Shown here: piece after piece, positions 26,589 to 39,383 of the stretch
Layout: each line of letters starts with the position of its first letter
Position numbering within the stretch: position 1 is the first letter of the stretch
Assembly: GCF_001194135.2 (NCBI RefSeq)
Contig: NC_068992.1
Location: 64,297,943-64,351,420, forward strand
Length of the DNA: 53,478 nucleotides
Direction of reading: 5' to 3'
From: Octopus bimaculoides
Lineage: Eukaryota
Program-made: the position numbers and the translations under genes
The notes under the pieces: model-generated
The model's input: only the letters and a program-made list of their open reading frames with translations
Told to the model about the DNA's origin: nothing
Database searches by the model: none

Positions 26589-26816
26589 TTAACTCTTTAG
26601 CATTTAAACTGGCCATATCCAGTTAAAATTTCCCACCCGTTTTATATTCAAACTAGCTGAGTCTAGCCTCTCACATCAATCTTACAATATCATTCTAAGT
26701 ATTAACAGTTACTCCCATCAAAATCTCAAAGCTACAAGATAATGCAGATGAATCCGAAACAATGAGAATGAATGAGTGTTACTTTTGACAGAATAATGTG
26801 AATGCTAAAGGGTTAA
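26589..26816. mobile_element. piggyBac-like MITE, complete
   Basis: TTAA at both ends; TIRs ctctttagcatt / aatgctaaaggg. Confidence 0.75.
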
Positions 26817-27286
26817 AAGTATAATTGTAGACCAAGAACTAATTGAGAGTTGGTAATTAGGAAATATTATGTCCGTGCCATTTTCTATCATCACCTTATC
26901 TACTCACCTTGGGCAAGTGTCTTGTATAGCTCTGGGGGTTGAGTAAATCCTTGTGAGAGGATTTAGTAAACAAAAACTAAAAGAAGCCCATCACACACAC
27001 ACACACACTAATTATTCTGTATTGGGATCAAGTTATGACTAATATTATTAAGGAGACACTTAAAATAGTAAAAATGGTTTTTAAAAAGGACAATAGTTAT
27101 TCAAATATAGTTTCCAATAAAACCATAAGACTGGCACTGAAGTAATTTTACATTTAGTAAAATGAAGTATTGAACCCCTAACTCCTGAATCAAATATAAA
27201 TATAAATAATTTTTAAAAAATCCAGCTTCCCATGTATCTGAGATAGACCGGCCAGCCCATGACAAATCTGACAAAAGGGGGGACCC

Positions 27287-27746
27287 ACAGAACTACCAGC
27301 TCACGAACTGCATCTGAAAGTTGGCACGCCAATTATGCTGCTAAGGAATTTAGATGCTCGAATAATGTGCAATGGTATGTGGATGATTATCAAAAAATTG
27401 TGCTCCCGAGTTCTGTAGGTAACAATCTTGAATGAACCGGCCGCTGGCTAAGACATACTTATAACTCCCATGTCCCTTACCCACTCCGATACGACCTACA
27501 AGTTTAAACAGATGCAATTTCCCATCAAACTGCTTTCCCATGACAAACAACAAGGCGCAGGGACAATCAGTGCAAGCGGTTGGTTTGAATCTGACAGATC
27601 AAGTATTCTCACACGCACAACTGTATNNNNNNNNNNNNNNNNNNNNNNNNNNNNNNNNNNNNNNNNNNNNNNNNTGTCTCCAGGGTCTTTCTATTTGTGC
27701 ACCCGAGGAAAGTACAAAGAATGTTGTCTACCAAGAGGCACTCTAA
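27287..27746 (+). pseudogene. Helitron Rep/Helicase C-terminal fragment (two in-frame stops, one frameshift, 48-N gap)
   Basis: ELPAHELHLKVGTPIMLLRNLDARIMCNG...YKFKQMQFPIKL / FPMTNNKAQGQSVQAVGLNLTDQVFSHAQLY...TKNVVYQEAL*, matching the known Helitron/Pif1 motifs LKVG.PIMLLRNL, QFP..LAFAMTINKAQGQ and FSHGQLY. Confidence 0.9.
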
Positions 27747-27986
27747 TGATAACAACGGCAACTTCAACTGCTCTAATTTCAACTCCGCAATTTTTTCATC
27801 GTCCTGACAGCCCATGTAAGTCCAGTCTTGCTTTGCTCTCCTTACTAACTCACCATGACATTCTTTTTTTTCTACCAAGATCCGTCACCCAAACACCACT
27901 TCGTATCCACTTCTTCCTCTTTTTTATGTCTTCGTTTCTCTCTTCGCATCGCTCTCTGACCGGGTGAAACTGGGCTTAGCTGCTAG
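27287..27986 (+). mobile_element. Helitron copy 2 (5' end not found)
   Basis: Ends gaccgggtgaaactgggcttagctgCTAG|T; about a dozen differences over ~315 bp from the reverse complement of the matching part of copy 1. Confidence 0.8.
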
Positions 27987-28294
27987 TATGTTATAAACAC
28001 AACCCACTCTGATGTCATCGCAGATTATATGAGGATAATGTTATTTGTCATAAGGTCTTGAGGCGTAAATCTATGTAGACAGAATAAGTTGTTGGTGTGT
28101 TTATTAAGAATATTTAAGTACTTTTTTAAAATGATATCAATAAAGTATATACTTTCCTCTTGTGACATGCCATCTCACACCCCAGATTTGGAGCCCTTCC
28201 TTTAAATACATGCTGTTGGTGCCCTCTCATGGTTGCACTTCCTATTAGAAATATCAGCCAATTCTTTCTCAAAATCGCACCCTTTTTGTTCTCT

Positions 28295-28540
28295 TAACCT
28301 TTTAACACTCTGATTGCTCTATCGAGTGTAATGCTTGTTCAAATTGTATAGAATTAATCCTGCATTATCTTCTAGCTTTGAAATTTTGATGTTGATGATG
28401 ATGATGATGATGCGACTGTTTATTTATAGAATAACATTGTAGGGTAGGTGTGAGAGGGTGGATCTGTATGGTTTGAACATAAAACAGGTAGAATATTTGG
28501 GCCAGATATGATTGGGTTAAAATGCTAAAGGGTTTAAAAA
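28295..28540. mobile_element. piggyBac-like MITE (inverted relative to 26589) with an internal (GAT)n
   Basis: cttaaccttt at the left; aaatgctaaagggtttaa at the right; internal homology to 26589-26816. Confidence 0.55.
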
Positions 28541-28719
28541 AACCCGAATAAGACATTGCCTAATGCAGTTCTAGGTTCTCTACTTGTGTGTGGAAGAGAA
28601 AAGAAAAAGTAAAAAATAAGCAAATAAAATAAAAGAGAAAAGTTGGGGCAGTCATGGCTGGAATTCCTTTGATCATAGTTTTGCTCTATCAGGACTGACT
28701 CGACACAAAAACAACAGTG

Positions 28720-28750
<31 letters not shown>

Positions 28751-29263
28751 CCACCTTTTCTGATTTAAAGAATCTGTTTAATTTTTTGGGTTGTTGAAAC
28801 TTGTCATTTTATTAGGACTGTCTATCTATTTTCTTCCGTTGTCTGTTTGTACCAACATGATCTGGACTGAATTCCACTCGGTCACCTTTCCCTCACCTCG
28901 TCTGGCTTCTTTTAATTATTTCCTCTGTAAATCCCAACTCTCTTAGATCACTTTTAATTACTTAGTTTCAGGTTTATTTTTCTTGCACCCCCACCCCAAA
29001 CCCACTCAATAAACCCTCCCCGTCCCCAGTCACCTCTGCTGTCCTATCGTGGAACACTCAAACATTTCCTCTACTCACTTTTCATCATTAATTTACTCGT
29101 TAAACCGCTGGCACTATCAGCTTTGCCGTTCATTACCTGTTAACTAATTTCTTCAGATAACATCCTTTGTTCAGTTTATACCTTACTTCTCTAATGGCTT
29201 TGTTCCTAATTAATCTTATTAGTTGGATGGGCAGAATGAAATTCACATAACATAAATCTTGCA

Positions 29264-29301
<38 letters not shown>

Positions 29302-30028
29302 CAAGAATAAGGGCAGGGAATCGTCAATTAATAATAGAATTAATAATTATTNNNNNNNNNNNNNNNNNNNNNNNNNNNNNNNNNNNNNNNNNNNNNNNNN
29401 NNNNNNNNNNNNNNNNNNNNNNNNNNNNNNNNNNNNNNNNNNNNNNNNNNNNNNNNNNNNNNNNNNNNNNNNNNNNNNNNNNNNNNNNNNNNNNNNNNNN
29501 NNNNNNNNNNNNNNNNNNNNNNNNNNNNNNNNNNNNNNNNNNNNNNNNNNNNNNNNNNNNNNNNNNNNNNNNNNNNNNNNNNNNNNNNNNNNNNNNNNNN
29601 NNNNNNNNNNNNNNNNNNNNNNNNNNNNNNNNNNNNNNNNNNNNNNNNNNNNNNNNNNNNNNNNNNNNNNNNNNNNNNNNNNNNNNNNNNNNNNNNNNNN
29701 NNNNNNNNNNNNNNNNNNNNNNNNNNNNNNNNNNNNNNNNNNNNNNNNNNNNNNNNNNNNNNNNNNNNNNNNNNNNNNNNNNNNNNNNNNNNNNNNNNNN
29801 NNNNNNNNNNNNNNNNNNNNNNNNNNNNNNNNNNNNNNNNNNNNNNNNNNNNNNNNNNNNNNNNNNNNNNNNNNNNNNNNNNNTATATATATATATATAT
29901 ATATATTAAGAAAAAGGAGGTAGTCAGAATTTTGGATAATTCTCTGTGAAAGAATTATCCAAAATTCTGACTGCCTCGTTTTTCTCAATATACAATATCT
30001 GTACACCACTTCAAACACTCTGCACATG

Positions 30029-30060
<32 letters not shown>

Positions 30061-30481
30061 ATGTGTATATATGCACATTATATATACTGAAATAGAGAAA
30101 AGCTGCTTATTAATTAGTTTGAATTCTTTATCTTTTACTAAAAGAAAGCAATATTTCAATGTTTACTCTGTCTAGAAAATTCTTAAAATCCCCAATTTTA
30201 GTATATTTTAATCAATGTGATTTTCAAACTTTTCAATTAAGTGATTAATTGTAATTCACTGCAAGGTTACATTTTTGTAAAGATCCTACACTGAAAGATA
30301 ATCTTTGTTTGCTTTACTTTCTGATAATCTAAAACGTATTTCAATTTGAATTTATTCAATATAAAATGTCATCACAAATACATTTATACATTTCAAACGT
30401 GACCGAAATATATATTATGCAAAATAAAAACCTATTAGTACATATGCACTTTAAATGCAAACGAAATACATTTATTATATG

Positions 30482-30858
30482 GGTGACCTCAAGAAACCGA
30501 ACCTTATGGAGGAGATGACAAAGGACCGAGATATCTGGTGCCTTGCTGTATTCAGGAAGACCCATCCTCCACAGTAGAAGCATTAAGGTCACTCCCCCTG
30601 GTGAAGAGAATTAACCTACCAGAGCCCTGTGCCACTGCTATGTAAAAAGTACTGGTGCCAGTGCCACATAAAAGTGCTCATGATGGTGCACCCAGCACAC
30701 ACTGCAAAGTGGTTGGCATTAAGAAGGGAATCTAACCATAAAAATTGAACCAAATCAGAGTGGAAGCTGGTAAGCTCTCCAACTTGCCAGCTCTGGTCAA
30801 ACCATCCAATCCAAGCTAGCATGGGAAATTGAAATGAAAGGATGATGATGACGACGAC
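30482..30858 (+). mobile_element. 5'-truncated RTE-clade LINE: ORF2 C-terminus plus 3' UTR and (GAT)n tail
   Basis: 30482-30577 encodes GDLKKPNLMEEMTKDRDIWCLAVFRKTHPPQ*, resembling the RTE ORF2 end (DL..L.EEM..DR..WR); followed by gtggttggcattaagaagggaatc and gctagcatgggaaa...gatgatgatg. Confidence 0.7.
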
Positions 30859-31194
30859 TTTAAATGTGACTTTCCCAACGTCTCAAGTTTATCTGATGGT
30901 ATTCTTATTGGGAGTGATTATAATCATAAGTTACAGAAAAGGAACCAATAATAATAATGATAATAATTCTTTTATTTGTTAGTGTAGGGGCAAACATTTG
31001 AGGAAGGATTTGAAGGGGCTAATCAGAAATCATAGGAGGTAGGATGAAATCAATTTCAAATAACCCTTGGGAGTAATTTGAACAGGATTTTTAGTTCCTG
31101 GGAGGTAAGCTGATTTCGGATAATTTGAAATTGCTATATCAGCTTAATTGGGGGGGGGGGGGAAGGACCAGGAAGCAAAAACAAAAAAAAAAAG

Positions 31195-31360
31195 CATCCA
31201 GTCCGCTCTGTGAAGTCGTTGACATTAGGAATGGCATCCAGCTGTAGAACTGCACCAGAGCAGACAGTAGAGCTTGGCATAGTCCTCTGACTAGCCAGTT
31301 CCTGTGAAACTGTCCAACTCATGCCAGCATGGAAAACATGTTCAATGATGATGATGATGA
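31195..31360 (+). mobile_element. RTE 3' tail
   Basis: cattaggaatggcatccagctgtagaa...tgtccaactcatgccagcatggaaaac...(GAT)n. Confidence 0.65.
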
Positions 31361-33139
31361 ATTTGGTTGAGCTTACTTTTTATGTCTTAAGGTCTTTTGG
31401 GGTTAGAATCATCAGCCACAGATGAATTTGTGACTGATGTTTCTAACTCCAACTTAATACGCAGTCAATCTGGATGAGGTCCAATTAGCCTTCCTCATGT
31501 TTGTTTTTGTAAAATTTGTCTGTTGCACCTTAGTTTGAAACTAAAGTTAAATTCTTGAAGTCATTGTGTTAAATATAACACACTCTGATAGGAACTTGTA
31601 AGGGCAAACAATTAGTTGACTTTTAACTTTTGAAAAAGGTTATGTGGAATTTTTGAGAAATTGGTAAAGGTTACAAAACTAATACACACACACACAAATT
31701 TGAATTGGTTAGGGTTAGCTTTTCCTGTAAATTTCCTGTATGGCAGGTTATTCTCCTTTCCTTTCAAATATATACATGGCGGTGCATCAGCATGGCCGCA
31801 GCTCTAAGCTGAAACTATATAAAAGATAAAAGATATTCTATTGTCAAATTTATAATGCCTATTTAAAAAAAAAAGAAAAAGAATTAAATTCTTCCACTCC
31901 ACTGATGAACAATCTACAAAAACATAAAAACAAATGAATTTTGTGTGTCTGTGAGACGTGTACTGAAAAGTAGATGACTTTTAAAAGTAAATAAGTTTTA
32001 CTTCAAAGATAATCATATTTTTGACCTTTTTGAAAATTGTTCTCTCTCTCAAAATTTGTATTAATGTTTAAAAAAATAATAAAAATAGAAAAAGCAGATG
32101 GAAAAATAGTCTCTTAACTCTTCTGTTGTCTTTCTCTTTCCTTCTCTGCCTTTCTGTTCCTCGCCACCCCCCTCTCTGTCTTTCTGTTCCTCTCCACCCC
32201 CCCTCTCTCTGTCTGCTGAATACAAATTTATTCATAATTGATACTGTATCGGTACATTAGTTATTAGTGGCCTGGTTGTCAGCCTCGCTTCATCGTCTGA
32301 ATGAGTTATGCTTAGTACAATATTGTTTACAATTTTAATTAGTAATCATCCACTTTATTTCAATACTTTAGGCAGTATGGAGTAAGCAAATCCTAAGTTG
32401 TTAGGATGGCAAAAACTAATCAGTTCAATATTTATTCCAAGCTGCTAAAATCTGCTTGTACTCTAACTAAAGGCGAAATTTAACAGTGACATTAATTACA
32501 TATGGATACGACTTTGTATAGATATTTATTCATGACATATCCAGTTATATCATTGTCATCATCATCATTTTATGTCTGCTTTCCATGCTAGCATGAATTA
32601 AACAGGTTGTTATGATCTGGCTGAGTTTTTATTTGTGGTTACCTACATCCCCCTAAATAGCTCGGAGCACCACATCTTGCTCATATATTCCATATTTTGC
32701 ATGATTTCTCTGACTGGATACCTTTCTTATCACCAACCATTTTGCAGAGTGCAACGAGTGTATTTTATTGTGGCACCAGTGTTAGAGAGGTTGTCATATC
32801 CTTGGCAAGTGTTCCTGATTTATATTGTTTAGGAGTTGGGGTCTTCATGGCCACTGGTACCAAGGCAGAGTTTTAACTCAGAATGCAGATATCCAAGAAA
32901 GATACCAGAAGGTTTCTTGTCAGATGTTCTAACAGCCTGCTGTCCTTGGCTAGTAATTTATTGATTGACTCTGAAAGGATAAGTAAAGCTGATGCCAGCT
33001 GGATTTGAATTCAGTACAGAGAACCTAAACAAATACCATGATGAATTCTATCAGATGCTTTAATAACTCTGCTTTACAGCTATAGGGTGTAATTTGAAGG
33101 AGTTTTGGTTGCAATTTCCAGCTGGTTGAGTGATCACAA

Positions 33140-33360
33140 GGCACATAGCTTAGTGGTTAAGCTGTTGGGTTCACAATCATAAGATTTGTTTTGATTCCTG
33201 GAACAGGCAGTGTGTTGTTTTTGAGCAAAACACTTAATTTCACATTGCTCCAGTCCACTCAGCTGGTAAAAATAAGTATTCCTGTGACAGACTGGCAGCC
33301 TGTCCATGGGGAATATATATGCCACAGGAACTAGTAAATCAGCCCTATGAGTCTATATGA
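33140..33360 (+). mobile_element. SINE family C
   Basis: tagcttagtggttaag head; ttgagcaaaacact...gctccagtccactcagctgg. Confidence 0.65.
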
Positions 33361-33829
33361 CTTAGGAAAGAGCTGGTTGAGCAACCACATAGAGGCTCTT
33401 TTGTTAGATTATACAATTAGTCATGGTAATCTATTTCTTGGTTTATTGGGAGAGATATTTTTCTTTTGAGTAACATTTGTATTAATTAGTAAAGGTATAA
33501 TATTAAAACAGATGTCTCTCTTTCATTTCTAACAAAAAATATTGTCATTGTTGGTAATATTATTGAAGTTCACAGCATTATTAATTCTGACCTGCTCTGA
33601 CCTGACCTGATTGACCTGAGCTGACCTCCAGATTTAAGTTGGCTGACTTTGATACAACTGAAGTCTAGTGTCTGGTGAAAAATAACAAAAGCTTTTGTTT
33701 TTGATATATTATACATGACTTTTATGATAATTCAATGGTTTGTCTGTTGCCAAGGAGATATTAATTTTTGGTTCTGAGACTGTCAGTGCTATCTTGCCAT
33801 CTCATCTCCATAATTGTTTTAACATTCAT

Positions 33830-34270
33830 TTTCCATACTTGCATGGGTCAGGCAGAATGTGTTAAGATGAACTTTCTACAAACCTTCCTGCCCTTTCAAT
33901 GCCCGTCCTGTCACCAACCCTCACCTGTTTCCAAGTAAGGTAATATTTCCCCCATGGCCAGACATTATTCTCCTGGAAGACTGAACATAAAGGACATCAC
34001 TTGCATGATGGTGACACTCATTTACAACTGTCACAAGAAGTCAAAGCAAGGAAGCAGTAATACGCACAAATGCATGCAATCATGCACACACGTCCATATA
34101 TACATACATACATTCACAATGGACTTCTTTCAGTTTCTCTCTACCAAATCTACTCACAAACACTTTGGTTGGCCTGAGGCTATAATGGAAAACACTTGCT
34201 GGAAGTACCATGCTGTAGGACTGAACCTAAGACCATGTGGTTGGGAAGCAAACTTTTTGCCACAGAGCCA
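33830..34270 (-). mobile_element. Composite SINE, near full length
   Basis: RTE-like tail (reverse complement ttttccatacttgcatggg), shared body, family B head (reverse complement ggactgaacctaagaccatgtggttgggaagc). Confidence 0.7.
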
Positions 34271-34336
34271 TGCCTGCTTCATCTATATTGCTGCTATGGT
34301 TGTGTAGCTTTAGGTCAGTCCTAGTTTGTCTTGCAG

Positions 34337-34379
34337 GTCTTACTGGTTCTGATAAGATAGGATGCCTTACAATTGCTAA
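34337..34379 (+). CDS. Weak candidate exon (G)LTGSDKIGCLTIA, phase 1 to 2
   Basis: tttgtcttgcag acceptor, a single open frame, donor AA|gtaaaa (weak). Confidence 0.2.
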
Positions 34380-34478
34380 GTAAAAGCTTATATATGCAGT
34401 CTCTCTGTTAAATAACTGCATAGTTTAATTTCTGTGAACTTGATATGTAAATTGCTAATTAGCTAGGAGAATTAAATC

Positions 34479-34509
<31 letters not shown>

Positions 34510-35024
34510 ATATGAGGTCTTACAGATGTTAACTAGGGGAGTTTTTCTCTAGTCCTTTATCTTTTGTGTTAAATCCATTATTGGTCTGTTAATCCCTGTA
34601 TAAGATGAAGAATTATCTTACATTTTATACTCAAAGGAAGTGATTACTGTAGCTCAGTATATTACATATTTCACTCTTCATAGCAGCCTTAGACATAGAT
34701 ACATATATATCGCTTTTTTTTTTTTTCCTGCACTGAATATCATGTCTAGTCTTCACCATCATGGATGTGTTCAGCACAGTTTTCTGTTTAATAACTTGAG
34801 ACACTCTTAAGAAAATATTGTTCAAGCATTTGCTCTCTACTATTGTAGAAAATGTATTTTTAGATATCAAATTTGTCTTTTAAGATGATTTATATATATA
34901 NNNNNNNNNNNNNNNNNNNNNNNNNNNNNNNNNNNNNNNNNNNNNNNNNNNNNNNNNNNNNNNNNNNNNNNNNNNNNNNNNNNNNNNNNNNNNNNNNNNN
35001 NNNNNNNNNNNNNNNNNNNNNNNN

Positions 35025-35066
<42 letters not shown>

Positions 35067-35071
35067 CATCA

Positions 35072-35330
35072 TCATCATCATTGTTATCGTTTAACGTCTG
35101 CTTTCCATGGTGGCATAGGTTGGATGGTTCAACCGAGGACTGGCAAGCCAGGAGGCTGCACCAGGCTCCAATCTGATCTGGTAAGGTTTCTACAGCTGGA
35201 TGCCCTTCCTAATGTCAACCACTCTGAGAGTGTAGTGGGTGCTTTTTATGTGCCACCAACACAGAGGCCAGTCAGGTGGCACTGGCATCACTTACACTTA
35301 TATGGTGTTTTTTACATGCCACTGGCACAT
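35072..35330 (-). mobile_element. RTE 3' UTR
   Basis: catcatc...cgtttaacgtctgctttccatgg...ctggatgcccttcctaatg...ttttatgtgccacc. Confidence 0.75.
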
Positions 35331-35655
35331 ATTTAAATAAATAAATAAATGTATGTACATTAGATCTAAGGATCAATGTGTAGGAAGATAGTAAGTTTTG
35401 AGCTGTCCATAGAATGTATGAAGAACAGATTTCAGGAACAGTTGTGGTTTATTGATTGAATCTCCTGTGAGTCAACACGGGATCCCTTGATGACAATGTT
35501 AATTTCTTTTGATTAAGGTATTTTTAGCCCAATGAGTAGCTAGCGGATTACCCCTCGTTTGGATAATTACTACTTCTGAGGTTCTGCTAGCTATGAAGCA
35601 TAGATAGCCTGGATTTTACCTACTCCATTCCCTAATTTTGGATATATATATATAT

Positions 35656-35660
<5 letters not shown>

Positions 35661-35751
<91 letters not shown>

Positions 35752-35785
35752 AATAATAATAATAATAATAATAATTATGATAATA
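35661..35785. repeat. Compound microsatellite (CA)n(TA)n(TAA)n
   Basis: Directly visible. Confidence 0.95.
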
Positions 35786-36090
35786 ATATTAGGGATAAAA
35801 ATCCAAATTTACAAGGAAAAATTCAGTATATATATATATTAAGAAGACATGGTCTTGTACATTGTGTACACCTGCACAATATGTACAGAATTCTAATTTT
35901 AACACAAGGCCAACAATTTTAGGGAATCAACTCCAGTTTTTGATTGACCCTTAATTTCTCGACGCCAAAAGGATGAAAGGCAAAGTTGTTATTGGAATTT
36001 CAATTCAGAATATAATAAAGTTTGAAGAAATATTGATAAATAGTTTTCCCAATACTCTACTGATCCTGTCAGCTCACCACCTTTAGACAA

Positions 36091-36122
<32 letters not shown>

Positions 36123-36799
36123 TTAAGAAGGCAATGAGCATTCAAAAAAAGGTAGTATGAGAGGAACAGGTTTTTAACAAATATTGTATGAACTTAATGT
36201 TTAAAAGAAGAGAATTTGCAAGTTTATATGAAACAAACATATAGTAGTAGGTTACTCCTTTCATGGAGATCACAATGAGTTTGGCATCTTCCAATGTCAC
36301 CATTTACTCTAATGATGCCAAGTAACTGAGATAGCCAATTATATTTAAATCAAGCAGCTGTCTTAATTGCTTAGCAAAAATAAGAACTTTTTGCTTAGTT
36401 ATGTTCTAAACATCAGCTTAATGATAGAAAAATTAGTTCATCATTTTAAATCTGCTGTTTTTTTTTTATAATGCTTGCATGAGATTGATAGATCTTCATA
36501 CTCAGAGTCCATTCTCATTTAGAGTTCCTGCCTCCTTGAATGGGTTAGAGGACCACATTTCACTTACACTTTCCAATTTTGTATATTTTTAAGATTGGAT
36601 GACCTTCCTAATGCCAGCCACTTTACAGAGTGTACAGGGTGCATCTTGGCACCAGCACTAGAATGGTTGTCATGTGCTCAATAAGACTAAGGAGTCCTCT
36701 TTACTCTATATTGCCTCTGTTCGTTATCTTACTAAATTCCTCTTAATTCTTTCTTAATTAAAACTCACCAGCAATGCATTTCAGCAATGCATTACATCA

Positions 36800-37410
36800 A
36801 CCCCAGTGCTTGACTGGTACTTAATTTATCGACCCCCAAAAAATGAAAGGCAAAGTCAACCTTGGTGGAATTTGAACTCAGAACGTAAAGGTGGGTAAAA
36901 TGCTGCTAAGCATTTTGCCCAGTGTGCTAACGGTTCTGCCAGTTTGCTGCCATAATAATAATAATAATAATAATGATGATGATGATTGCAAGTTTTGGAG
37001 GGGATAAATCAATTATATCGACCTCAGTACTCATCTGGTACTGTTTTTATTGACCCCGAAAGATTGAAAGGCAAAGTTGACCTCAGTGGCATTTGAACTC
37101 AGAACGTAATGACAGATGAAATGCCGCAAAGCATTTTGCCCAGTGTGCTAACAATTCTGCCAGTTCGCCACCTTAATAATAATAATAATAACTCCCTTTC
37201 TACAATAGGCACAAGGCCTGAAATTTGGGGGGATGGGTAAATCGATTACATCGGCCCCAGTGTTTCGCTGGTACTTAATTTATCGACCCTGAAAGGATGA
37301 AATGCAAAGTTGACCCTGGCGGAATTTGAACTCAAAGCATAAAGACAGATGAAATTCCACTGAGCATTTTGCCTGGTGTGCTAATGATTCTACCAGCTCG
37401 TCACCTTGTG
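36800..37410 (-). mobile_element. Three head-to-tail family A SINEs
   Basis: ctggtact...tcgaccc / ttgaccc...aaggatgaaa...ggaatttgaactc...gcattttgcc three times, separated by (TAA)n/(GAT)n. Confidence 0.8.
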
Positions 37411-37934
37411 ATCATGATCATGATCATGATCGTTTAACGCCCGCTTTCCATGCTGGCATGGGTTGGACGATCTGACTGAGGGCTGGTGAAACCGGATGGC
37501 AACACCAGGCTCCAATCTGATTTGATGATGATAATAATAATAATGATAATAATATAGTTTATAGCAAAAGTGATATGTTTAGTCTACTCAACATCTCCAA
37601 TACCAACTCCAGCAGGATTTGAACTCAGGACGGAGACAAAATGCAATGCTGTTAAGAATGTACTTTGTCTGCATTCTACCATTTCTGTTACTTAATTAGT
37701 AAAAATATTAAGCTTTCATTTCTGTATTAAAAATAAAAAAGGGTTTATTCTACGTTGTTCAGTTTGAGTCCAACCTCTCTAATTTTCCTTACGCAGGCAA
37801 ACCTCCCTGGATTTAAAAAAAAAACATTTTGTTTGTTTGTTTCAATGCTTTCTTTTGTTTGTTTTGGCTTTTGACCCGTTCATTTATTTTCTCTTGAAAT
37901 TTCATGCATCATTAGATTCTACCTGTGCTGTTAG

Positions 37935-38004
37935 TGGCAGGTTTGGTGCTGGGTTTAGATCTGGGATGGTGGGTGGCGCCAAAACTGTGAACAGGAACTT
38001 CTGT
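37935..38004 (+). CDS. Candidate exon GRFGAGFRSGMVGGAKTVNRNFC, phase 2 to 0
   Basis: Locally GC-rich unique sequence; acceptor gctgttag (or ggcag at 37940); consensus donor TGT|gtaagt at 38005. Confidence 0.3.
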
Positions 38005-38228
38005 GTAAGTGTTGGTGACAACCACTTATATATCATGTAGCTTGATTATAATTAAAACTGGAATGACAGCAAGAAGAAGAAATAGGAGCATAAGGAAGAG
38101 ACTAAGAACCTTTTTGTTTGTCTTTGTTATGTGTTGTACAAGGTATGATTGTTAACCTCGTGAAAACAGTGTGGAGGTGAGGGCCTGCTGGAGAAGGTGA
38201 GAGTAAGTGAGAGCTGTGTATTATTATA

Positions 38229-38278
<50 letters not shown>

Positions 38279-38608
38279 TAAATGCATGTTCCTCTGCATG
38301 TTTTGTTATTTGTTGTTGGTGGTGTTGTCCAGAATTAGTAGAGCAATCATCACTGAGATGACCCGTCTTTTCTCAAATATGCATATACATCATGCTGCAA
38401 ANNNNNNNNNNNNNNNNNNNNNNNNNNNNNNNNNNNNNNNNNNNNNNNNNNNNNNNNNNNNNNNNNNNNNNNNNNNNNNNNNNNNNNNNNNNNNNNNNNN
38501 NNNNNNNNNNNNNNNNNNNNNNNNNNNNNNNNNNNNNNNNNNNNNNNNNNNNNNNNNNNNNNNNNNNNNNNNNNNNNNNNNNNNNNNNNNNNNNNNNNNN
38601 NNNNNNNN

Positions 38609-38653
<45 letters not shown>

Positions 38654-39352
38654 TACAAGTAGTCTTCAAACACAAAAGGACATCCAAACATACCCACATA
38701 TATAAACTCATACCTACACTCATGTGCATGTATATGTACATATGTATGTGTGTATCTATCTCTCTATATATGTATATGTATGTACTTACACACACACACA
38801 CACTCACACATACACACACACCTTTGCGTGAAGTCTATATTAGTATCCTAACGAACAGTAATGACGGTAAGAAGCAGGCAGCTTTTATTTACCTCTTCAG
38901 TGTTTCATTCAACATTTTCTTTATTTCTTTACATCTGTTTGTTTCCCTGTCAACTATTAATAATAACAACAACAACAACAACAATAATTATGATGGTGGT
39001 ATGAAGAGGAGGTAGTGGTGGTGATGGTGACGTCGACGATGATGATGGTTGTAATTATGTTCTAATCTCCCTTGCAAATGCTGTACATTTCTATTAGGTG
39101 GCGCTAGTACTGATCGTTGTGAATCAGTGTAGATCAATTAAGACACATGCTAATAGTCACCAGTTGGGTGCCTTTTCAGACAATCATCTTTAGAATGGTC
39201 TTAACTTGGAGCATTTCAGATAACAATGGACTGCATCTTGGACTTGCGTCATAAAGTCTGTACTCGTTTTTACTTACCCCTTGCTAGATTACTTACTTTC
39301 CTTATTTTCTTTCTCTGTTCTTTTTTTTTTCTTTTTTAAAACATTTCTTGTA

Positions 39353-39383
<31 letters not shown>

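Noticed and set aside
38063-38142. MTARRRNRSIRKRLRTFLFVFVMCCT|gtatga, resembling a type II membrane N-terminus
   Set aside because: Explained by an (AGA)n purine run followed by a T-rich run; no independent support.
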